Origin: Octopus sinensis
Lineage: Eukaryota
Length of the DNA stretch: 64,000 bases
Reading direction: 5' to 3'
Assembly: GCF_006345805.1 (NCBI RefSeq)
Contig: NW_021832231.1
Span: forward strand, 124,001 to 188,000
The position numbers and the translations under genes were made by a program. The notes under the pieces are model-generated. The model was not told where the DNA came from. It ran no database searches and worked only from the letters and a program-made list of their open reading frames with translations. Shown here piece by piece: positions 25,730-35,398 of this stretch (position 1 is the first letter of the stretch; each line of letters opens with the position of its first letter).

Positions 25730-28700
25730 CAAGACTGCCTTTCTCTCGCCCCTCCGCTTCATCTAGCCAGTGTTCTCAACCTTTTTTTCCCTGAGGCCCA
25801 TTTTCAGGGTCATATAAAATCTCAGGCCCATTGCCTTTAATAAAACTTTGATTAACAAAAAGTATTTTTATTAACATAAAAAATCTTATTAAAATGTCAA
25901 TGACTACACTGCTCTTGATGTCTATCTATCAATTTGTCAAGTTGAATTTCCAGATCTTGGTTCAACCTCAAACGTAAGTCTCCTCTCTTCTCAATCTGCA
26001 ATTGATTGCGTTTTTTTTGTGAGTAAATCGTTTGTTGCAGAAAATCCTGTCTCAACCAACCAAGTGGTGGGAAAGCCAAGTACAAACGGAACAACTTTTT
26101 CAAAGAGTAATGGATGAATCGATTCTACTTTCATCCATCCATATAAGCCATCCCTTTCAATATTTTCATTAATACTTTGTTCTCCTTCAGTTCAAGAAGT
26201 TCTCCAGCAATAATAGGATCAATGTCTTTTTCACTTAATACGTCAAAATGTGCTATATCTATAATCCAACTAGGCGGATTCATTTCGATGATATCTTTAA
26301 ATCTTCTAGTCATATCTTCTTTCAAGCATTTCAAGTGGTCAGTGCAGCTTGCGATTACTTCTGAGCTCGGAGCAGTTTTGGCAAAATTACAAAAATAAGC
26401 AAATTCATTTTTTTGAAGATGCATCTTCCAGAGACATAACTTGTTCAAAAAGAGAGCGTACTTTCTCAGCACTATCTATCAGATTAGCATTTCGCCCTTG
26501 CAGTGTCATGTTCAGTTGGTTGACATGTGCGAATAAGTCAGCCAGGTAAAAAATCCTTGCTTTTGTATCGTTGTTATTTATCACTGAAAACAAAGTCTCA
26601 GCTTTATCTTTCTGCTTCTTGCTACAAGCTTGTGTTTTCATGTCATGAACAAAAATAAGAACCATATCCCACATTTCAGCAAGACGAACTAGGGAATTTC
26701 CTTTGGAAAGCCATCTCACTTCAGTGTGCATGAGGAGTCTCTGGTGGTCCTCATGTTCACATAAATGTTGAAATAGGCGGTCATGCAAAGCATTGGCTTT
26801 GACAAAATTCACTGTTGAAACAGCGACTTTCAATGCATGTTCCATGTCATCATTGAGAGATTTAGCACAAAGATGTTCTCGATGGATGATGCAATGAATT
26901 GCCAATATATGAGGGGCAACTTTTTTTAATTTAGCTACAAAGCCATTCTGTTTGCCGGTCATAGCGCTGGCACCGTCTGTTGCAATCTGCAACAGATTTG
27001 ACAGAGGGATCCCATTATCGTACAGATAGTCGTAAACAGCCGCATATATAGTGTCGCTTCGTGTGTCAATCAACTTTTTTATAAATAACATTTCTTCATG
27101 AATTGCCATTGCATCAATATATCGGACATAAGTAAGTAATAAGGCAGAATTGTTGATTGTTGTCTCATCAATTTGTAGTGAGAACTTAGAAACTTTTAAT
27201 TTTTCCACAAGCTGTTTCTCGAGGTTTTCTGCCATTTCAATTTGCCTTCTCTTCACTGTGTCATTAGACAATGGGATTTTTTGTAGAATGTTGGCAGCCT
27301 GTTCTCCTAGCAGTTCTTTAGCACAGATCAACATTGCTGGCTTCACCAGACGTTCTGCAATTGTATGTGGCTTCCCCACCTTAGCAACCAGTTCACTCAC
27401 TGCATAACTGACTTTTAGTGTCTTGTTATTATGCTCATTTGCTTTTTTTAAGCAGAATTCTAAAGTTTTTGGAGCATTCTTTTGGCGTAACTCCACTTTC
27501 TTCCTGAAATAGCTGCGCTCCTTTCCAACAGAAGCAGGATGCTTCAACTGTTGATGGGCGAACAATTTTGATTTCTTCATGGAAACATTTGTCATTACTA
27601 AGCCACAGTCCACACATTCAGGCTCTTAGAATCAGCACTTGATGGGATGAAGCCTAGTAATAAAAAATCAGTCTGGTATTTGCGTGTAGTCTTCCTTTTT
27701 CCTTGTGTACTTTTGACATGAACTATACAATCAGGCCTATAATATTTAAATTTAAATATGACAATATCATTAAATTAAAAACAAATCAAATCAATTTGAA
27801 AATAATAACGAATAAAGATTTATTAGTATTAGTATTAACATATTTTCTTTGAGGCCCACTCCAGGCCCAATTAAATCTTCAGGCCCATTTCAAAATTTCT
27901 CAGGCCCACAAGTGGGCCTGGGGCCCAACGTTGAGAAACACTGTCTAGTCAACTTTCGTAATCACAAACCCAGCCTCCTCCTGTTTGGCGATCTTTATCG
28001 TCCATCGACCGGAGTGCAACAGGGAGATCCCCTGGGGCCTTTCTATTTGCTATGGTGTCAACTCCGTCGCTCATTCTGTCCGCTCTCCGGTAAATATCTG
28101 GTACTTGGACGACGCGACGATTGTGGACCTCCCCGCTCTGTCTTAGACGACCTGCGGAGCCCATATCCCGGCCCTTTCATCCATCGGTCTGGAGATAAAC
28201 TCAAGCAAGTCCGAAGTCCTAAACCTGAATATTCCTTCCGATTTTTTTGCCGAAACTCTGGACGCCCTGGAACCTATTCTAAAAGCGCGCGGGTATCAGA
28301 AACAAAGGACCTTGTAATCCTTGGTTCGCCAATTGGTCACGAGGCCCTCTCACAAACGCTCATCGCCAAGGCAAGCAATCTGTCAAACATTGATCGAACG
28401 GCTTTCCCTCATTGATGCCCACGTCGGGTTCTTTCTTCTGCGTAACTATTTCTCAACTCCGAGGCTTTTGTACACCCTAAGGAGTTCTCCTTGTTTTCGC
28501 ATGCCTAATCTGTTATCCGATATCGATTCTATCTTGAAGTCTAGAGCCGAGTATCTGTGTAACATCCATTTCGACGCTCTGGGGTGGCTTCAATCTTCCC
28601 TGCCTGTTAATCTCGGGGGGATTGGCCTTCGTTCGCCCGTTTATCTGGCTCTTCCTGCCTTCCTCTCGTCCCTGGCATTCATCCCGTGCCCTCACTGACA

Positions 28701-29619
28701 TCGTTCTCAGAAACCTTCCCGAACGAAAAATGTCAGTTGATCACGTGGCCGCTCTGGACCTTTGGGATTCATTGTACAACAAAAGACCCAGTGACCCGTG
28801 TATCCAAGCTCAATGGGATGCCATTTCTGTGAAGCTCTTGACGTACATCTACGCAAAAATTTCGATCAGCACAGACTTGCATGTCTCCGCGCAGGCTGCT
28901 GCACAGGGAGTGGGGCCTGGCTGGATGCTCTCCCTGTCCCTTCCACCGGTAACCTACTAGACAAAGATTGCCTACGAATTGGTTTATCATTGCGTCTTGG
29001 ATTGGAAATCTGCGAAATACACAAATGTCGTTGTGGTGCTGTCATTGACCGTTTTGGTCTACATCCCCTTTCCTGTCGTCGCAGTGCAGGGCGCGCACCA
29101 CGCCATGCAGCACTTAACGACGTTATTCAGAGGGGGTCACGCCGCTGGGATCCCATCAATCCTCGAACCCGTCGGGTTGCGAGGGGAGACGGAAAAAGAC
29201 CCGACGGCCTATCGACTTTCCCGTTGAGTTCGGCAAGTCTCTGTTATGGGATGCGACGTGTTCAGACACTTTCTCGGAGCTCAACCTTCCTTCTTCAGCT
29301 GTCGAGCCTGGCTCAGTCTCTCGCAAAACCGAGGAAGATGAAGATTGGAAAGTACAAGGAGCTCTCTGAACGGTATCTGTTCACTCCCATCGCCGTCGAG
29401 ACTTCCGGCGTCATCGGCGAAAAGTCTCTTTCCTTTCTAAAAAAGCTTGGCCGCATGATCTCCCATAAACGGGAGACCCACGCGAGTCCAAGTGGCTTTC
29501 GAAAGGATTTCCTTGGCCATGTACGTGGAAACTGTGTTTCCATTTACGATGCCGGGAATTTAGTTAGTTAATAACTATTTGTTAATTACATATAAAAAAA
29601 AAAAAAAAAATTGAGAGAA

Positions 29620-29652
<33 letters not shown>
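25730..29652 (+). mobile_element. 5'-truncated CRE-like (RT plus restriction-like endonuclease) non-LTR retroposon with poly(A) tail, interrupted by a hAT
   Basis: GVQQGDPLGP, WYLDD, LGSPIG, SLPVNLGGIG, GAWLDALP, CRCG..H..SC zinc knuckle, RHAALND, GKRPDG, AVETSG, poly(A) at 29593-29652. Frameshifted. Confidence 0.88.
25768..27943 (-). mobile_element. hAT (Buster/Charlie-type) DNA transposon
   Basis: TIRs cagtgttctcaac / gttgagaaacactg. Degenerate TSD with tctag core. Transposase at 25897-27720 with FSLQIDETT, ATDGASAM, HCIIHREHL, HTEVRWLSKG. Confidence 0.92.
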
Positions 29653-29656
<4 letters not shown>

Positions 29657-29696
29657 ACCAAATAAAATTTGTTCTGTTTCCCATAACATGATTACA

Positions 29697-29851
29697 ATTT
29701 TTTTTTTTTTTTTTTTTAATGAAAACCAACCAATAACTACAAGTTAATTAATTAAAAGCTTCAAGTGCGGGAAGCCGACGCGATCGAGAAAGAATTAGAG
29801 CGTACTATCGCAAGGGATATCCGCTCGAAAAACCATCTCGATTCGCGGGCG
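29697..29851 (-). mobile_element. 3'-end fragment of a second CRE-like retroposon, antisense, with poly(A)
   Basis: Minus strand reads PRESRWFFERISLAIVRSNSFSI* followed by a short UTR and poly(A). Confidence 0.7.
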
Positions 29852-29904
29852 TTGATTAAAATTAGTATATACAATATTTTGATAAAATGCAAACTTGAAT
29901 TTCA

Positions 29905-30120
29905 AAATTGTAAATTTGAATTTTGCAGATGACATTTGAAGTTTATAATCGACAAATTGAATTATCCAGATAACATTTAAAATTTATAATTGACAAATTG
30001 ATTTTTTCAGATGACATTTGAAATGTATAATTGACAAATTGATTTTTTCAGATGACATTTGGAATTTATAATTGACAAATTGAATTATCCAGATGACATT
30101 TGAAATTTGTAATTGTAAAT
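29905..30120 (-). repeat. 41-bp minisatellite in the right TIR of element B (about 5 copies, inverted)
   Basis: Reverse complement of the 24813-25170 unit. Confidence 0.92.
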
Positions 30121-31087
30121 TTGGGGTTCATAAGTGCCAAATTGACTTGAAAATGGTATAAATGTATTTTATTTCTATGCATTTGATTTTTCTTTTCCAA
30201 TGATTTACGTGGCATTTTTATTTGCTGCGTCGAAATATAATATTTATAATCAATCGAAAAAAAAACTTAACCAAAATAGCTAATTAAGAGTCAGCAGTGG
30301 CTGCACCTCGGATATTTATAATTCTTTATTGATCCCATTTAGTTCGTTATATATCCCAATTAGTTTTATGTTAATCCCGTTTAGTTTTCTGCTAATTCCA
30401 CTTAGTTTGGTGTTAATCCCATTTAGTATGGGAAATGGTATAGAAGATGCTTCAGATTCAAAATATATAGTAGATTACTTTGATCGAACATATGTTTGTG
30501 GTTATTATCGTTGTTTAAATAATCAAGAAAAGCCTTTAGCTGTTAGAATACAGCACAATTCTCCATTGTTCCCTCCAATTTTATGGAATGTGTATAAAGC
30601 CACGCTCAATAATAACAAAGAACAAACAACTATTGTAAAGAATGGAACAATAAATTATATAATTTGACGGGATATCGTCATCCATCAATATGGAATAGTA
30701 TATCGTCTTTTCGACAAAAACTTTTATTGACCAGAATTCCATAAGAAAAAAATTACAAGAAAAATACAATTGAACGACAAAAGGCTGTTGATTGCCAGGA
30801 GGGAAAAAATCAGTAAAAGAAACACTAAAAGCAATTGCATGGAATATTAAATATTCTTTTGATTCAAATTAAACAATCCTTTAATTCACGTTAAAGAAAA
30901 ATCTTTTTAAAATTTTTAAAAATTTTTAAAAATACAAAATCAGTTTCAAAATCCAGTCTCCGAACGAAGTTTTTAAAATTCATTTTGACGACGTGTTGCT
31001 TAGCTGTGGCGGAATTACAAACTAAACCATCAATAAGCAATTTAAATAATTCGTTTTTTTAAACTCGCATAATTAAAAATGAAACAA

Positions 31088-31114
31088 TCTTAATAATAAA
31101 AATGGTATGGTGTG

Positions 31115-31151
<37 letters not shown>

Positions 31152-33372
31152 TTCTGTCTGTCTGTCTTTCTGTCTGTCTGTCTGTCTGTCTATCTGTGTG
31201 TGCACACCAACTTCAAATTGGCAATACGATGTCCTCGACTACATGATGGGTCCTTAAAACCTTCCCCCAAAAAAAATAAAAAAAAAATTTTCTGCATTTT
31301 GGTTAAAATGAACAACTACGATGTCCTCGACTTACATGATGAGGTCCTTAAAACCTTCCCCCAAAAAAATTAAAAAAAAATTTTCTGCATTTTGGTTAAA
31401 ATGAACAACTACGATGTCCTCGACTTACATGATGAGGTCCTTAAAACCTTCCCCCCAAAAAAATTAAAAAAAAATTTTCTGCATTTTGGTTAAAATGAAC
31501 AACTACGATGTCCTCGACTTACATGATGAGGTCCTTAAAACCTTCCCCCCAAAAAAATTAAAAAAAAATTTTCTGCATTTTGGTTAAAATGAACAACTAC
31601 GATGTCCTCGACTTACATGATGAGGTCCTTAAAACCTTCCCCCCAAAAAAAATCAAAAAAAATTTTCTGCATTTTGGTTAAAATGAACAACTACGATGTC
31701 CTCGACTTACATGATGAGGTCCTTAAAACCTTCCCCCCAAAAAAATTAAAAAAAAATTTTCTGCATTTTGGTTAAAATGAACAACTACGATGTCCTCGAC
31801 TTACATGATGAGGTCCTTAAAACCTTCCGCCAAAAATCCAAAAAATTTTCTGCATTTGATTAAAATGAACAACGTTAATGTCCTCGACATCATGATGAGG
31901 TCCATTAAAAATCTCACGTATAAGAATATCCTTGATGAAAACGACAGCGAGAATATTAACAATGATGAACTCCCAATTATTCGCGATAAAGAAATTCAAT
32001 TCATCTATGATTTTCTCTTTAAAATTAAATGCATATACCATTCAAAATTAAACCTATTATCTATTTTGACTTTGGACAGAATGTGCAATTACAGATTGCA
32101 CGACCTTGAATAGAGTGTGCAATTACAGATTTTGAAAAAACACTTTGATAGTTGAAACCACATTAGCAAAATCATTAACACAATTTACCACCAATTGACA
32201 GCGCAATCAGAAGAATTTGCGTAAAAATATTAACTATTTAGTTAAGTTTTTCGTAAAGATAGAATTTATTTTCGGTATGCCTCATTTCCTAAACTTTTTT
32301 ATTATTCAAAAATAATTTTTTCAATAGATAACTGAAGGAGGGAAGACGACCTTAAGAAAAGAAGTTTTTCGTAAAGATAGAATTTTTTTCTGTATGCCTT
32401 TTTTCCTAATATTTTTTATTATTCAAAAATAATTTTTAAATAGATAACCGAAGGAGGAAAAACGAAGCTGAAGAAAAAACGGTCAGCTTAGGTAATTAAA
32501 TCTTTTTTGTGTGTCGCTTTTTGGCTGCTGCTACTCTGCCTGCCGCATCTCCGGCTGCCCCATTTCCGCCAGTGGTTTGTCTAATCAAGGTCACTAAGCT
32601 AAATCTCCGGACTATAAAGGCTCTTAAGCATTATCTTAATGGCTGTTAAAAAATTAGACAGGTTGTTGCCGTGGCGGCAGAGATTTTTTTTGTTTATACT
32701 TTTTTACAAATTTTTAAAGTTTTTTCATTTCTTTTGTTTTTAAATTATTTATTTTTATTTGTTTTTTTATTTTTTTTTGTTATTTTCTACAAATTCAACG
32801 GATTGAATTTTTAAACTCCTTAGATCCCTCTGAATGCCGAATCATCTTTTAAAGTTAAAGATAGGCGTTCCAGTGGTTTTATTACGAAATCTTGCGCCAC
32901 CTAAATTATGCAACGGAACGAGGTTAGTTATCAAAAATTTGATGGCTAACGTAATAGAGGCGACGATATTCACAGGTAAGTATAGAGGTGAGGATGTTTA
33001 TATTCCACGAATTCCGATAATTCTGATGAATTACCATTTAGATTAAAAGGCTGCAATTTCCTTTGAGGATGAGTTTTGCAATGAAATAACAAGGCCCAGG
33101 GACAGTCATTAAAGGTAGTTGGGTTATTTTTAGAGAGTGAGTGCTTTTCACATGGACAGCTGTATGTGGGATGCTCGAGGGTAGGCAGAAGAGAAAATTA
33201 TTCATATATGCCAAGGAAGGACGGACGACAAAAATCGTTTATCAACAGGCGATAGAATAGGGTTACATTAAACCAGGTAGTTTTATACATCTACATAAAC
33301 TTATAGTTGTTTGATGAAACAGGCCCTCCGCAGGAGCTAGGTCGCGGTGAGCGAAGCGAGCTGCCGAGCTAG
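31088..33372 (+). mobile_element. Non-autonomous Helitron, copy 2
   Basis: A|TCTTAATAATAAAA...(CTGT)n...GCGAAGC...GAGCTAG|T. Longer helicase remnant LKIGVPVVLLRNL..LCNGTRL..IPRIP..QFPL..FAM..NKAQGQS (32810-33260). Confidence 0.93.
31228..31900. repeat. Tandem satellite, 93-94 bp unit, about 7 copies, inside Helitron 2
   Basis: Units start at 31321, 31414, 31508, 31602 and onward. Same family as 22100-24090. Confidence 0.96.
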
Positions 33373-33579
33373 TCATGAATAAAAATGTTACTTTGTAAAA
33401 AGAAAAAAAGTCGTAATAAACTTGAATTTTTTGGTTTTGCTCTAAATTTTAAAAATTTACTAGGGAAACAATTTCAAAATATAATTTCATTTATATAAAA
33501 ATTTTAATCATTTTGATTAATTCTTTTTAGATAGTCGACCCTAATTGGATATTAATTATACATATAACATATTTATTTA

Positions 33580-35114
33580 ATGATACTTTTCATTCTTTTT
33601 GCATCAGTATTTAGCATCAGAATTCACTTCAATTTTGAAAATTCGAGTATCTCTTTAAGAAATAAGGACGAACCTCTGATCCTCACCAACTATTTGAATG
33701 AAGGAAACCATAAAAAAGCACAACGTCTGAGTCGCATCAGATCCAACGTTGAAAGCTACGCGGGGTATTTCCGAGTAAATGACGACTGCGTCAGAAATAT
33801 GTTTTTCTATTATGTTCCTGCCGAAGTAAACCTAACTCTCACTCTTTAAGGATGTATACTACAAAAATGCTCCAGTCTTGGCCTGGCTTCAGGGAGGACC
33901 CGGAGTCTCTTCTCTCCACGGCCTGTTCGAGGAGCACGGCCAGTTCTCCATCAACGAGAAATTAAAATGCAATTGCGTGATATTTATTGGTAGTGATTAA
34001 ACGCAAAGTGAGCTGGACGAGCGGACATTCCGTGATTTACATCGACAACCCAGTGACACCAATAAATAAATTGTAGGTTGGGACTGGGTTTAGTTTCTCG
34101 AATGATGAATGTCAGATAACCAGCGAGGACCAAATCGGAAAAGATCTCTCAATGTAGGTCACTGCTCTATTTTAGATTCGCCCGACAATTTTTCAAGTTA
34201 TTCCCCAATTTGAGAAAAAATCAGTTTTATGTGACGGGGGAGTCATATGCTGGGAAATATGTCCCCGCAATGGTCAGTGCCATTCACGAAATGAACGTGC
34301 ATTCCGAACATTCCATAAATCTAAAGGGAATGATCATCGCGGATGGTCTGTGTGACCCTTACAACGTAAGGAATTATGATCCCATATCAGATGGTGGACT
34401 ATGGGAGGCACTTGTTCAACCTTGGTCTCATCTTTGATTATCAAGTCAGTCAATTTGACAGTTACAGAGATATGATCCGAGAAAGCATCGATCGAAATGA
34501 CTACAAACAAGCCTTTGAGGTTGGTCGTGAGTTGGGAGTTGAAGTACTTTGACCGGATTATGATTGGGGACTTGACTCCCGACCCAACTCTCCTCTTCAA
34601 TTTGACTGGACTGACAAATTATTTCAACTACATGGCCGATGGAGTATTATTATTTATGACTAGACGTTAGGCAAAGCCGACTTTGTACGAAAAGTTCGTT
34701 TCCATGTATTCTCAGGAGCTGAATGTGGGGAATCAGGCGTTTAATGATGGCAAAAGTGTGAAGTTGGCATTGGCGGGAGATTTTATGCGGTCTGTGACTC
34801 CCCTGGTTCAGACAATCCTCGACAATGGCTATAAATGTCTCTTTTTCAACGGACAATTCAACTTGCTCGTTCCATTTCAGATGACTTCCGAGTTTTTATT
34901 AAAGATGGTCTGGTCAGAGAAGGATGCATTCTTGCATTCCGAACAACGGATTTGGTATTCTCGGAATACGCCGGAGGTGGTGAATGGATATGTTCGCAGT
35001 TATAAAAATCTGTACCACGTTTTAATCAGGAATGCTGGCCATATGGCTGCCGTAGATCAACCCCAGGCCACTCTTGAAATGATTGATAATTTCATTTTTG
35101 ACCGAAAATTCTAA
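33580..35114 (+). CDS. CPVL: Secreted serine carboxypeptidase S10, CPVL-like
   Basis: Signal peptide, [54 protein letters not shown]. Confidence 0.92.
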
Positions 35115-35398
35115 TTGTCCTACTAACTACTCCTTATCTAGCATTAATAAAATTTTGTGTTCATTTGATATCCGTTTAATAAAAATTCCATTTGATTTAA
35201 TCGGTTTCGACCTGCGCAAATCTAAGCCAATAGTCAACCAATTCTAATAGTTATCTGCAATCCAAATTGGAATGTGTTTGTACTGAGTATGTAAATTCCA
35301 CTTGACTATATAAAGTCACCACAGATCAATAAAAGAAAAATAGTTTACTTGAACGGTTGTTATCCGATGTTCCCATTGAAAGGTTAAATAATAATTCG

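Larger units (their letters stand above)
24799..30158 (+). mobile_element. IS630/Tc1-like element B with long minisatellite-containing TIRs and TA TSD
   Basis: TA|taccattttcaagtcaatttg ... caaattgacttgaaaatggta|TA. Internally deleted transposase at 25248-25724 (WIEADPQITLKE..; PIELAWSTFKAEVK). Confidence 0.85.
24440..30428 (-). mobile_element. IS630/Tc1-like element A (deleted), interrupted by element B
   Basis: Removing 24799-30158 and one TA rejoins MPRKSLEKKNQMHRNKIHLVSAAESDGDWKK..TAIELNISRTTAYCWIR (HTH). Inverted approximately 22-bp subterminal repeats (ttaatcccatttagttt) at 24458-24478 and 30330-30428. Exact ends unclear. Confidence 0.65.
20540..30900 (+). mobile_element. Decayed MULE/Mutator transposase, outermost host of the nest (pieces at about 20540-21088, 24192-24440 and 30430-30900)
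   Basis: RILIFST..WYTDGNFSIAP; YEL|LHSKSREIYEEFF rejoined across Helitron 1; IVTDFE; ALAFL; DYFDRTYV..PLFPPILWNVY..TNN. Termini not identified. Confidence 0.75.
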
